Positions 50,018-60,108 are shown, numbered from the stretch's first letter. The stretch is 64,000 nucleotides of DNA from Terriglobia bacterium (GCA_965198225.1 CBDAOY010000008.1:384001-448000); one strand, 5' to 3'. The notes: generated from the letters alone by a model not told the origin. Program-made: numbers and translations.

Positions 50018-51307
50018 CTAGTTGGCCGATTCGTGGAAATAGGCGGGTAGGTCCGGCTTTGTGTCCTGAAGGATCTCCAGGACGGAACGGCGGTCGTCGT
50101 CGGTCAGGTTGGAAAACTTCTCCTCATCGTCCTGGCCCGCAAGAACCTCAAAAAGCCTGCGGTAGATTTGAGCCTTTGCACCAGGGGGTAGCGCGTCGAA
50201 CGATCGGCTGTACACCATGAAGCTCAACGGGTATCGGAACAGGCGTGTTTCCAGGTCGAAGTCGCGGAGCGAGCGGCCTTGCCCGTCGCGCGGTCCCCTC
50301 TCGGGGAAGGTCTCGGTAAACGTCGAGACACCTTCGACTGGTTCCGGAAGCGGAACTTCGTCGGCGAAAAGCATGTAGGTGACCAGCGCTTCGATGTCGG
50401 CGTCGATCTGTGCGCGCTTCAACGCGGAGGTGTCGCCGTCATGGAGCGCCATCCGCTCCTCCCAGCCGACTCGCGTGATGTAGTTGAGCATCTGAGTCTG
50501 ATGTTCAAACGTCATCAACGCCACGATGTCACTTACCGGTTCCAGATATCCGTCGGTGTCGACCTTCCCGTAAAGGTGGGTCAGGTTTCGACGCTGGAAC
50601 TCGTCCAACACCAGGGGCTGAGCCGGGTTCGGCGCCACGGCGTTCGAGCGGTCCTCCTGCTGCCCGCTTGTCGCGTTGACGTACCATCCACCCCACCGTT
50701 CTCCGAATTCCGTACGGTGGTCGGTAATGATCGCATCGACTGGCGACGGGTTTCCCGTGGGGCCCGGGAACACCGAGCCGACAAATATGCCGGGGACTCC
50801 CGATGTTGCAGGACCCTGGTGGCATCGCAGACACACCTCGCGGCGTTCGAAACCCTCCTGTTCCAGCTTGCCTACGTGCGCGGTATAGAACACCGGTCCG
50901 AGTGCCGGGTCGATGGCAGCGATTTCGATCGCGTCGCTGCCTCGTACGAAAGCGACTGCCACGTCGTCGCTGAAGTAGATGGCGCGCGGGTTGTCCGGAG
51001 CGATCTTAGGCGCCTGGAAACTCGTTTTCGAGAATACCAGCGCCTGCGAATCGGTGTTCACTCCGAGCTGTTCCAAGAGGGAAGGCAGGTACCCGAGCCC
51101 GTCAGTCCGGAGATCGAAAGCGGCTTCCCCGGCCTCCATTCTCTTCGTCAGGCGGGCGACTGCATCGTCGGTAGGCCGGTCGAAGTACTGGATCGCAGGA
51201 TGGTCCACGGCCAGGTCCGGCAGGTATTCCTGGGCGGGAACCACAACGGCCAGCATCGTGCCAACGGCGAGCACGGAACAAATCGTAAGAAACGTCCTCG
51301 ATGCCAT
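50018..51307 (-). CDS. Secreted CxxCH-containing conserved hypothetical protein
   Basis: Signal peptide; SQALVFSKTSFQ, PRAIYF.DD, CLRCH, RWGGWYV, SDIVALM.FEHQ, SLRDFDL.TRLF. Confidence 0.78.
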   Translation of the reverse strand: MASRTFLTICSVLAVGTMLAVVVPAQEYLPDLAVDHPAIQYFDRPTDDAVARLTKRMEAGEAAFDLRTDGLGYLPSLLEQLGVNTDSQALVFSKTSFQAPKIAPDNPRAIYFSDDVAVAFVRGSDAIEIAAIDPALGPVFYTAHVGKLEQEGFERREVCLRCHQGPATSGVPGIFVGSVFPGPTGNPSPVDAIITDHRTEFGERWGGWYVNATSGQQEDRSNAVAPNPAQPLVLDEFQRRNLTHLYGKVDTDGYLEPVSDIVALMTFEHQTQMLNYITRVGWEERMALHDGDTSALKRAQIDADIEALVTYMLFADEVPLPEPVEGVSTFTETFPERGPRDGQGRSLRDFDLETRLFRYPLSFMVYSRSFDALPPGAKAQIYRRLFEVLAGQDDEEKFSNLTDDDRRSVLEILQDTKPDLPAYFHESAN

Positions 51308-51603
51308 GAAGAGTACTTTAGCAAATGGAAACCGGTTTGTGACGCCGAACACCGTCGTCGTCATGCAACTGATTCTGTAACAATGGCTTAGGTGCAGACA
51401 GTTTTGTCCAATCTGAAGGGCCCTGATTGCGCCACTGCTTCGGGCAAGCCGCCGGCACACAAAGCGCCGGGAACATTATTGAGGGTTGCAGGATCGCGGC
51501 GCAGATGGCCAGCCGTTGTCGAGCAATGATTCACGCAACAGGGTTGGGGTTGTTGTCCGCCCGCCGGCGGGCGAAAATGGCTTGCCCTCGAGCAACGGAA
51601 CGA

Positions 51604-52101
51604 ATGAATCGAAGAAACGCCGAATACTGGATCCAGGGTCTGGGATTGAACCCCCATCCTGAAGGTGGCCACTATCTGGAGACCTATCGAAGTACCGCCG
51701 AGGTAGGGGAATGCTGTTCAAACCATTCCGGCCGACGGCCGATGGCGACGGCGATCTACTACTTGCTCCAGGGCCGGGACTTTTCTGCGTTCCACCGCAT
51801 CCACTCGGACGAAGTGTGGCACCACTACTCGGGATCGCCGATGACACTGCACCTATTGAAGGATGGAGGGACATACGAGAAGATGCACCTTGGGCCCGAA
51901 TTGAGCCGGAGCCGGCCTCAGGTCTTGATTCCAGCTCAAACCTGGTTTGCAGCCACCGGGGACGATTTCGAATCCTACTCCCTCGTTGGTTGTACCGTTG
52001 CGCCCGGTTTTGATTTCGCGGATTTCGAACTCGGAAACCGGACCGAACTCATCGCGCAATTCCCGAAGCATTGCGAACTCATCGGGAAACTCACTCGATA
52101 G
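51604..52101 (+). CDS. Cupin_5 (DUF985) protein
   Basis: LGLNPHPEGG.Y.ETYR, TAIYYLL, FHRIHSDEVWHHY.G, GCTVAPGFDFADFE. Confidence 0.9.
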   Translation: MNRRNAEYWIQGLGLNPHPEGGHYLETYRSTAEVGECCSNHSGRRPMATAIYYLLQGRDFSAFHRIHSDEVWHHYSGSPMTLHLLKDGGTYEKMHLGPELSRSRPQVLIPAQTWFAATGDDFESYSLVGCTVAPGFDFADFELGNRTELIAQFPKHCELIGKLTR

Positions 52102-52116
52102 CAAGGACAATTGCCA

Positions 52117-52554
52117 ATGACCAGCTCTCTGTTTCTGATCTCTCTCGCCATCGTTGGAGGGATCGCCGTCGCACTGCAAGCCCAGTTCATGGGACAGCTG
52201 GACCGGGGAATCGGAACCCTCGAAAGCGTGTTCATCACCTATGGCAGTGGTGGCTTGCTCATCGCACTCATAGCGCTCGTCCTGCGGGGCGGCAACCTCG
52301 CTGCGTGGCGAGCCGTCCCCCCCTACACGCTGTTGGCCGGGATCCTGGGACTCGTGATCGTCGGAACGATCAGCTACACGGCACCGCGTCTCGGGCTCGT
52401 CGTTACGTTCACCATCTTCGTGACGACGCAGTTTGCCGTCGGCGCTCTGGTCGACCACTTTGGTCTCTTCAATACTGCGATTCGACAGCTGGACCTGTCC
52501 CGCGGGGCCGGCATCGGCATGTTGCTGGCCGGCGTCTGGCTGATCATCCGCTGA
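52117..52554 (+). CDS. DMT-superfamily transporter (YdcZ/DUF606-like)
   Basis: GIAVALQA, G.LG, PRLG, Q..VG.LVDHFGLF; several TM helices. Confidence 0.85.
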   Translation: MTSSLFLISLAIVGGIAVALQAQFMGQLDRGIGTLESVFITYGSGGLLIALIALVLRGGNLAAWRAVPPYTLLAGILGLVIVGTISYTAPRLGLVVTFTIFVTTQFAVGALVDHFGLFNTAIRQLDLSRGAGIGMLLAGVWLIIR

Positions 52555-52566
52555 GCGAGAGGCGCA

Positions 52567-54936
52567 TTGGTCGATTCATCCGTCCTTACCGTCGCTAACA
52601 AGCCGGCCTTCGCGGCCGAAGACGTCGAGGGTCTCGTCCGAACGCTTTATGGTCTGGCCGGGAAGGTCGAATCGTTGCCGTCGGAATGGGACCAGAACTT
52701 CCTTCTCGACGCAGGTTCAGCCGGGCGTTTCGTCGCAAAGATCGCCAACCTCGGGGTCGAGGGCGAAGTGCTGGAGTTTCAGAACCTGGCGATGGACTGG
52801 GTCGCGAAGCGCTGGGAACGGGGCATCTGCCCGGGAGTCGTTGCTTCGATTTCGGGTGATGGTCTTTGCCGGGTGCGGGGTGGGGGCGGTGACGAATTCT
52901 GGCTTCGTGTCCTGACGTACCTCGACGGGAGACCCCTTTCGTCCACCCCCGAGCGCACCCCGGCGCTGCTCGAAGAGATCGGCCGAGCGCTGGGAGAACT
53001 CGACAATTGTCTCGCCGACTTCCGGCATCCGGCGATGGAGCGGGAACTCCGCTGGGATCTGCGCCGCGCCGAATGGATCACTCCTGAGATCGGCGTCATT
53101 CCGGATCTCCGCAGGAGGGCGATCGTCGCGCGGCTTCTGGTGCAGTACCGCGGAAGAATCCTGCCGCTCCTGGCCGAGCTCCCGGTCTCGGTCATCCACA
53201 ACGATGCGAACGACGAGAACCTGCTGGTTCGGTCCGACCCCGACGCCGTCTGGAGGGTCGGGGGCCTCCTGGACTTCGGTGACATCGTTCGCACGCACAC
53301 GGTCAACGAGCTGGCGATCGCTTCCGCCTACGCGTGTCTCAAAGACGACGACCCCCTGGCCACAGCGTCGACAATCGCTCGCGGCTATCACGCCCTCAGG
53401 CCCTTGAAAGACACCGAGATTCGGGTCCTCGTCCCGTTGATGGCGATGCGACTGGGTGTGAGCGTGACGATGTCGGCAATCGCGGCCAGGGAGGACCCCG
53501 CAAATGCGCACAAACAGATCACGGACCGGGACGCCTGGGCGATGCTGGAGCGTCTGGAGGCCCTCGACTGGAAAGCCGCTGAAGCCCGGGTTCGTCATGC
53601 CTGCGGTCTGGCGCCGATCACCGTAACGCCGATTGGCAGGCGGGCGTGGTCTCTTGACGAACTGGTGCAGGTACGGAAACGCCTGCTGGGTCCGTCCTTG
53701 AGCCTGTCTTATGAAGCGCCGTTGGAGATCGTTCGAGGCCGCGGCCAGTTCCTCTTCGACGAGCGTGGCCGTGCTTTCCTGGATTGCGTGAACAACGTCT
53801 GCCATGTCGGTCACAGTCATCCGAAGGTAGTTGAAGCGCAGGCCGCTCAGGCCGCCCTCCTCAACACGAACACCAGATACCTGCACCCTTACCTCGTGGA
53901 ATACGCCCAACGATTGAGTGCGACTCTTCCCGATCCACTCAACGTGTGCTTTTTCGTGAATTCTGGCAGCGAGGCCAACGAACTTGCTGTCCGAATCGCA
54001 CGGGCCCACACGGGGCGGCGCGATGCGATCGTCCTCGACGGTGCGTATCACGGCAACACGGCAACGCTCGTGGACTTGAGCCCGTACAAGTGCGAGGGGC
54101 CGGGCGGAGCCGGGCTGCCCGATTGGGTCCACAAGGTCGAGAAACCCGACCCGTACCGTGGTGCTCACCGGGGCACTGGAGCGGCCATCGGAAGAGCCTA
54201 CGCCGAATCGGTACTAGAGGTTTGTCGGCGGCTTGAACAAGAGGAACGTGGGCCGGCGCATTTGATCGTCGAATCCATCCTGGGTTGTGCGGGACAGGTC
54301 GTTCTGCCGGCCGGATACCTCGAGCATGCTTTTGGTCACGTCCGGCGCTGCGGCGGTCTCTGCGTTGTCGACGAAGTTCAGGTCGGTTTCGGCCGGGTCG
54401 GGACTCACATGTGGGCGTTCCAGACGCAGGGTGTCGTACCCGACATCTTGACGTTGGGCAAGCCGATCGGCAACGGACATCCGATCGGGGCCGTCGTCAC
54501 CACGGACGAGATTGCCGCCTCGTTCGCGAACGGCATGGAGTTCTTCAGCACGTTCGGAGGAAACCCGGTGTCCTGCGCCGTCGGGATGGCCGTCCTCGAC
54601 GTAATCGAGGAGGAAGGATTGCAACGACGAGCGCTGACGGTGGGCCGATACCTTGCCGCGGGTTTCGAAGAACTCGGCGAACGGTACACGATGATCGGTG
54701 ATGTTCGTGGCTTGGGCCTGTTCATGGGAGTCGAACTGGTCCGGGACCGCGAGACGCTGGAACCGGCCACCGAAGAGACTTCGCGGTTGATCGAACAGTC
54801 GAAGACCGACGGTGTTTTGTTGAGTGCCGAGGGACCTTCCCACAACGTCCTGAAGATCAAGCCTCCGCTGCAGTTCGGAGAGCGGGATGCGGACCTGCTT
54901 CTCGGCGCCGTGGAGCGGGTCCTCGCTAGCCTGTAG
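52567..54936 (+). CDS. Fusion of an APH-like kinase and a class-III PLP enzyme (hydroxylysine kinase / phospho-lyase-like)
   Basis: Kinase [13 protein letters not shown]; PLP part [59 protein letters not shown]. Confidence 0.88.
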   Translation: MVDSSVLTVANKPAFAAEDVEGLVRTLYGLAGKVESLPSEWDQNFLLDAGSAGRFVAKIANLGVEGEVLEFQNLAMDWVAKRWERGICPGVVASISGDGLCRVRGGGGDEFWLRVLTYLDGRPLSSTPERTPALLEEIGRALGELDNCLADFRHPAMERELRWDLRRAEWITPEIGVIPDLRRRAIVARLLVQYRGRILPLLAELPVSVIHNDANDENLLVRSDPDAVWRVGGLLDFGDIVRTHTVNELAIASAYACLKDDDPLATASTIARGYHALRPLKDTEIRVLVPLMAMRLGVSVTMSAIAAREDPANAHKQITDRDAWAMLERLEALDWKAAEARVRHACGLAPITVTPIGRRAWSLDELVQVRKRLLGPSLSLSYEAPLEIVRGRGQFLFDERGRAFLDCVNNVCHVGHSHPKVVEAQAAQAALLNTNTRYLHPYLVEYAQRLSATLPDPLNVCFFVNSGSEANELAVRIARAHTGRRDAIVLDGAYHGNTATLVDLSPYKCEGPGGAGLPDWVHKVEKPDPYRGAHRGTGAAIGRAYAESVLEVCRRLEQEERGPAHLIVESILGCAGQVVLPAGYLEHAFGHVRRCGGLCVVDEVQVGFGRVGTHMWAFQTQGVVPDILTLGKPIGNGHPIGAVVTTDEIAASFANGMEFFSTFGGNPVSCAVGMAVLDVIEEEGLQRRALTVGRYLAAGFEELGERYTMIGDVRGLGLFMGVELVRDRETLEPATEETSRLIEQSKTDGVLLSAEGPSHNVLKIKPPLQFGERDADLLLGAVERVLASL

Positions 54937-55016
54937 GGAGGGGTGCGTGACGCGTTCGCGCTGACGCGATGTCTGACCCCGACAAGATTCTCTCAGCCAC
55001 AGCATAAGGATCGCTC

Positions 55017-56228
55017 ATGGCCTACGACCTCCTTCTACAAAACGGAACCGTCATCGACCCGGCAGCCGGAGTCCACGATCGCCGGGACATCGGCGTCACC
55101 GATGGCGTGATCGTCGCTGTGGAATCGAATCTTTCTCGATCGGAGGCAGATCGGGTGATCGATGCCAAAGGCCGCCTGCTCACCCCGGGCCTGATCGATA
55201 TCCATACCCACGTGGCACGAGGCATCATGCCGATCGCGCTCGACCCCGACGCCGCCGGTGTCCGTTGCGGCGTGACTGCCGTTTCCGACGCCGGAAGTGT
55301 CGGCTACGCCAACTACGGTTCCTTCAAGGAACTCATCCTGCCCCACGCGCGGACCGATGTCTTCTCATTCCTTCATCTGTGCCCGACGGGCCAGGCGGTA
55401 TCGCCGGAGATTGCCTGGGAGAGCGTCGATCCTGACCGCACGCTGCGCCTGATCGATGCGGAGAGGGATGTCATCCGGGGGATGAAGATTCGGGCGAACG
55501 GCCCAGCGGTCGTCGAGCCGGACATGAAAGTCCTGAAGACCGCTCGGCAGGTCTGTTCAGCCGCAGGGCTACCGCTGATGGTCCATCTCGGCCTGAATTC
55601 CGAAGAAACAGTCCACCGGGATGTGCTGCGGGAATTCAACCGCAGTCTTCTGTCGTTTCTCGAACCCGGAGACATCCTGACTCACGTGTACTCCCAACGG
55701 ATCGGAGGAGTGCTCGGCGGCGACGATGATCTGATCGCCAACCTGCTCGAGGCAAAGAAGCGAGGCATCGTCATCGACGCGGCGCCCGCCAAGAGCCACT
55801 TCAGCTTCGAGCTCGCCCGCGCCGCTCTTGAAGCGGGTCTGGTTCCGACGACCCTGAGTACGGACATCACGAAAACCAACTACCGCGGGCCGGCCTTGTT
55901 CAGCCTGCCTGTCGTCATGTCCAAGTTTCTGGCGCTGGGTCTGTCCCTGGATGAAGTCATCGAGAAAGCCACCGCTGCGCCAGCGCGTGTCCTCAGGGAA
56001 GAGAGCCGGCGTGGCAGCCTGCAGGTTGGGTTTCGGGCCGACGTGACCGTGTTTGAACTTGTTCGCGGCGACTTTCTCTTCTCCGACGGAATCGCCGGGA
56101 ACACGCTCGAGGGCAACCGGCTCCTGGAGCCGCGGTGGACACTCAAGGACGGGGAGGTGATCGAGGCTGGTTCCCGATTCCGCAACCACGTTGCAGGGGA
56201 GCCCGTGACGTTGACCCGTGGGGCGTGA
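55017..56228 (+). CDS. Amidohydrolase/deacetylase-family metallohydrolase (dihydroorotase-like)
   Basis: PGLIDIHTH, DAGS.G, GMKIR, LMVH, GDILTH, STD, VMSKFLALG. Confidence 0.85.
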   Translation: MAYDLLLQNGTVIDPAAGVHDRRDIGVTDGVIVAVESNLSRSEADRVIDAKGRLLTPGLIDIHTHVARGIMPIALDPDAAGVRCGVTAVSDAGSVGYANYGSFKELILPHARTDVFSFLHLCPTGQAVSPEIAWESVDPDRTLRLIDAERDVIRGMKIRANGPAVVEPDMKVLKTARQVCSAAGLPLMVHLGLNSEETVHRDVLREFNRSLLSFLEPGDILTHVYSQRIGGVLGGDDDLIANLLEAKKRGIVIDAAPAKSHFSFELARAALEAGLVPTTLSTDITKTNYRGPALFSLPVVMSKFLALGLSLDEVIEKATAAPARVLREESRRGSLQVGFRADVTVFELVRGDFLFSDGIAGNTLEGNRLLEPRWTLKDGEVIEAGSRFRNHVAGEPVTLTRGA

Positions 56229-56357
56229 CAACTGCTTGTTGCCACTCAGTTTGCGCCTTCCCAAGCCTATTGACGTCTTCGCCTTTCGGTGTATGATTGC
56301 TCCTCGTTCGCGGCCAACGCGGCGAACAGATTTCGTCGTTTAGCTAGAGGAGCGCAG

Positions 56358-57662
56358 ATGAGCACCAACGTTGGAACTCCGGGAATGGTCGGCGAAGAGG
56401 CCGCCTCCCTTCGCAGGTTTCTAAAGAGCTTCGGTCCGGGTTTGCTGTGGGCGGGGAGCGCCATCGGCGTCTCGCACCTGGTGCAATCGACACGTGCGGG
56501 AGCGGCCGCCGGCTTTGCACTGGCAGGCGTGATCATTGTTGCCCTGGCGCTGAAGTATCCGTTCTTTGAATATGGTCCGCGATACGCAGCCGCAACCGGC
56601 GAGAGCCTGGTGGAGGGCTATCATCGAGTGGGCCGGTGGGCGGTCTGGCTCTACTTCTTCATCATCCTCAGCACGGTCGTCATCACGAACGCGGCGATCA
56701 TTCTGTTCACGTCCGCCCTGTTTCAATATGCGCTGGGGACGAACGTGTCGCCGGTCCTGGCTTCGGCGATCGTCTACGCCGGCTGCGGCATCCTGCTCTG
56801 GATCGGGCATTTCAAGGCGCTCGACATCTCCATCAAGATAGTGCTCCTGCTGCTTGCGATATCGACGCTGATCGCGGCGACCGTCGTCATTCCGAGAGCC
56901 GATTTCACGAACTTCAGCTTGATTCCCCTGCCGCCGGCGGGGGGCACCGTGGGCCTGGCGTTCCTTCTGGCGCTGGCCGGATGGATGCCGTCCGACGTCG
57001 CGATCTCCGTCTATAGCTCTCTCTGGACCCTGGCAAAGGACAAGACCAGTGGCGTCCGGGCCAGCGTGTCGACGGCTCGCCTGGACTTCAAGATCGCCTA
57101 CGCCGGCACCGGGATCCTGGCTTTCGCTTTTTTGACGCTCGGCGCCGGCGTGATGCACGGATCGGGGGAGACGTTCAGCTCCGCCGGAGCGGTCTTTTCG
57201 ACGCAGTTGATCGACCTGTACGTGAGGACCCTCGGGGCCTGGACGCGTCCGATCATGATCATCACGGCGCTCACAGCGATGTTTTCGACCGCCCTGACGG
57301 TCATGGACGGCTATCCGCGGGTGATCGATCGGACGATCAAGGTAATCAGGATCAAGGATCCGGCTCAGACCGCGGACGCGCCGATCTCGCGACCGTACTG
57401 GATCGCGTTGATCCTCATCGGCATCCTGATGACGGCCCTGCTCCAGCTTTTCGTGACGAGTCTGACCCAGATGGTCGATTTCGTGACGATCGTGGCGTTC
57501 TTGACGGCGCCGATCCTGGGATTCCTGAACTTGAAGGTCATCACGTCCTCTGCGGTACCGAAGGAGTACCAGCCCGGTAAGGCGATGTTGATCTACTCCT
57601 ACTTCGGTCTGGCTGCTTTGGGAGCCGTCGCGGTCGTTTTCCTGGTGAGCCTCATCTCCTGA
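56358..57662 (+). CDS. NRAMP-like (APC-fold) membrane transporter
   Basis: GPGLLWAGSAIGVSHLVQSTRAGA, KYPFFEYGPRY, GWMP, AMFST..TVMDGYPR; about 11 TM segments. Confidence 0.85.
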   Translation: MSTNVGTPGMVGEEAASLRRFLKSFGPGLLWAGSAIGVSHLVQSTRAGAAAGFALAGVIIVALALKYPFFEYGPRYAAATGESLVEGYHRVGRWAVWLYFFIILSTVVITNAAIILFTSALFQYALGTNVSPVLASAIVYAGCGILLWIGHFKALDISIKIVLLLLAISTLIAATVVIPRADFTNFSLIPLPPAGGTVGLAFLLALAGWMPSDVAISVYSSLWTLAKDKTSGVRASVSTARLDFKIAYAGTGILAFAFLTLGAGVMHGSGETFSSAGAVFSTQLIDLYVRTLGAWTRPIMIITALTAMFSTALTVMDGYPRVIDRTIKVIRIKDPAQTADAPISRPYWIALILIGILMTALLQLFVTSLTQMVDFVTIVAFLTAPILGFLNLKVITSSAVPKEYQPGKAMLIYSYFGLAALGAVAVVFLVSLIS

Positions 57663-57685
57663 GTCTTCCGAGACAGAGGGTAGGG

Positions 57686-57714
57686 AAAGGGTGGCTTCTT
57701 CGGCCACCCTCTTT
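57686..57714. terminator. Hairpin between convergent genes (likely bidirectional terminator)
   Basis: agggtggc-ttcttcg-gccaccct flanked by A and T runs. Confidence 0.65.
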
Positions 57715-57730
57715 GGGGAATTCTCGAATG

Positions 57731-58474
57731 CTAATCGATGATCCGGGCGCTCATGACGAGGATCAAGGCGCTGGCGCCGACGCTGGCTTTCCCGACCACG
57801 GCGTGTTGTCCTTCGGTGATATCGATAGAGGTGCCGATCGATACGTCGTGGGACCGGTCCGAGAGCTGGATGTTGGTGTTGAACTGGAAGTTGTCGAGTC
57901 GGACGATGCGCCGGTCATCGGAGCCGGAAGTGACGACCAGTCCCGCCCTGAGAAAGTAGTTCGGATTGCCCGGAGCCGCACCGGGTATCTGCGGCATCAC
58001 GCCCTGGAGCTGTATGACCTCCTGATCGACGCCGCGCGCGATGGCGCTATCGAGGGAGTTGAAGACCCTGTAGGGCAGGACGCCGCGCAACTGCTCGACG
58101 ACCGGGTCCAGGTGCGCCGGAAGCGCCTGTTGCCTCCCATCGTTCGTCGCCACGAGGATGAAAGTCGTCAGCTCGACGCTGGGGGCTGCCCGCGACGGAA
58201 CGTCGAAACGGCGCACTGCCTGCTCGATCGCGGGCATGAGCTCTTCGGGAGCTCGAACCATCACCGCCTTCAATCGCGAATCGAACGACCACCGCACCAT
58301 GAACATGTTGAGGATCGGCCGGAGATCGAGCTCGCTCGCGTGCTGCACCTCGAAGACCGCGGTCTCCAACTGCTGGGGTTCCGCCTGCTCCTGACCCTGC
58401 TGAGCCAGGGCGCCCATCGGGGTCAGCGCCAGCGTCAGCAAGAGGGCCAACCTTGTCTGTCTGCTAGTTATCAT
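57731..58474 (-). CDS. Secreted hypothetical protein with secretin-N/NolW-like N-terminal motif
   Basis: Signal peptide; VFEVQHA, VMVRAPEELMPAIEQAVRRFDVP; C-terminal TSIDITEGQHAVVGK. Confidence 0.65.
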   Translation of the reverse strand: MITSRQTRLALLLTLALTPMGALAQQGQEQAEPQQLETAVFEVQHASELDLRPILNMFMVRWSFDSRLKAVMVRAPEELMPAIEQAVRRFDVPSRAAPSVELTTFILVATNDGRQQALPAHLDPVVEQLRGVLPYRVFNSLDSAIARGVDQEVIQLQGVMPQIPGAAPGNPNYFLRAGLVVTSGSDDRRIVRLDNFQFNTNIQLSDRSHDVSIGTSIDITEGQHAVVGKASVGASALILVMSARIID

Positions 58475-59115
58475 TCCTGTCCTCCGTCCTGATCGACGAG
58501 CCAGTAAATAACCACGTTTGGATCGTCGGTCAGTAGTTTAACTACGAGCGTTTCGGGTTCATTCACAGGCTCGATCGGCGGCTCCGAAACGATGTCTGCG
58601 TTTCCTTCTTGAACACTGTTGCCGGCCGCTTGCGGCGGCTGAGAGGGTGGGCCAACCTCTTCGACTGCAACGGAAGCTTCCGGCTCCGGCCGCGATGGGC
58701 CGAGCGGCATCACCTCGCTCGGCGTGGGCGTCCGAGCGACGGCTTCCGGGCCGGGAGCCGTGACGCCGGAGTCCGATGTGTCGCTCGAGAGAACCCACAA
58801 CCCCAGCGCCAGGGCGAGGAGTGCAGCCGCCCCGGTGTAGCTCCAGCTCCAGCTCGAGAGCCACCCGATGACTCCTGCCCGATCGTCACCCTCGAGTCGC
58901 TCGATCACGCGAGCGCGGATGCTCCTAAGCGCCACTTCATCGGCAGCTTCATCCCGCATGAGTCTCATCTGGGCCTGCGTCTCGGCGAGCTCATCGGCGA
59001 ACGATCGGCATGCGGCACACGAGCTCAGGTGTTCTTTGACGCGTTCCTTATCGGACGGAGGGAGATCTCCCTCGACCCACAGCGCGATATTCTGCTCCCA
59101 TTCCTGACAGTTCAT
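58471..59115 (-). CDS. Zinc-finger (zf-HC2) transmembrane anti-sigma factor
   Basis: MNC...HLSSCAAC (HxxxCxxC), one TM helix, C-terminal KLLTDDPNVVIYW. Confidence 0.85.
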   Translation of the reverse strand: MNCQEWEQNIALWVEGDLPPSDKERVKEHLSSCAACRSFADELAETQAQMRLMRDEAADEVALRSIRARVIERLEGDDRAGVIGWLSSWSWSYTGAAALLALALGLWVLSSDTSDSGVTAPGPEAVARTPTPSEVMPLGPSRPEPEASVAVEEVGPPSQPPQAAGNSVQEGNADIVSEPPIEPVNEPETLVVKLLTDDPNVVIYWLVDQDGGQE

Positions 59116-59758
59116 TTCGCTCTCCGTAATTTGCCTTCGAGTGCCTTTTTGATCTTGACCCGAGCCGTGCTGACCTGCGAGCGGACGGTTCCTTCCGAAG
59201 AGCTCAGGATGTGGGCCACCTCAGCCGTCGAGAAACCCTCGATGTCCCGCATCACGATTGCCGCCCGTTCTTTTTCCGGTAACGTTGCCAGGGCGTCGTA
59301 CAGCATCCCTTGATCCTCCCGTGCTCGAAGAGCGCGGTGAGGATCCCCGCGCCTCCCAAGATCCGGCGGTTCTCCCGCGTGTGGCAGCGGGACCGCCGCG
59401 TGCCGCTTCCTCCTTTTCCAGGCGTCACGGCAGACGTTTACCGCGATGCGGTACAGCCAGGGCTCGAAGCGACGATTCCGATCGACGCGCTCAGGTTCTT
59501 GAAGACTCTGATGAACGTCTCCTGAGCGGCATCCTGTGCGTCGTCGACATTCCCCAGCAGCCTTTGACACGTGAGCAAGACCTGGCGCTCGAAGCGGCGG
59601 ATGACAGACTCGAATGCCGACAGGTCTCCGGATGCCGCCAGACCGATCCATCGCGAGAGCTCGTCGTGCTGAGGTTGGGTAACTTCTGTCGGTGCGGGCA
59701 TCGAGAGCGCTATTCCCAGGTCGATCGTCGCGTCGTTCTTCGGCGTCATCGGCTTCAC
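59112..59758 (-). CDS. ECF sigma factor (sigma70 family); apparent 1-nt deletion frameshift near 59488
   Basis: GDLSAFE, DAQDAAQETFIRVFKNL in one frame; FEPWLYRIAVNVCRD, LPEKERAAIVMRDIEG, SEGTVRSQ in another. Confidence 0.85.
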
Positions 59759-59865
59759 TCCTGGAATACCGCCGGCACCCCAGATTCGTTGAGAACTTTC
59801 CTTAAATTGAGACCCGACGGGTCCATCGATCGTTCAGGAATTCGCGGGCTGAGAGTCTCGGCCAG

Positions 59866-59952
59866 GGAATTCGGGGCCGGAGACCGAATTCGATTTCAAG
59901 AGAAACCAATGGTTTATCCACCATGGTAATTCGGTCTCCGGCCCCGAATTCC
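59866..59952. repeat. Perfect 25-bp inverted repeat whose arms are internally palindromic (REPIN-like)
   Basis: ggaattcggggccggagaccgaatt ... aattcggtctccggccccgaattcc. Confidence 0.8.
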
Positions 59953-60108
59953 GTCGGGACCTGATTTGACCCTCCTCGTGAAAACATTGACCTAACGAAC
60001 TGGTCTGAGGCGCCCTCGTTCGAGTGCCGAAGTGACTTCACACGGTGTTCGGGAAACCGGGACCTGCTGGTCGAAGTTTGCTTTCGCACGATCACACAGG
60101 AGAATGTC

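Noticed and set aside
35634-51307. Genomic island or prophage integrated at tRNA-Leu
   Set aside because: No integrase, no duplicated tRNA 3' end noticed, coding style like the rest of the window, and a host-type REP lies inside
1390-59495. Programmed frameshifting explaining the split genes
   Set aside because: No slippery heptamers or stimulatory structures at the sites; several independent lesions fit error or decay better
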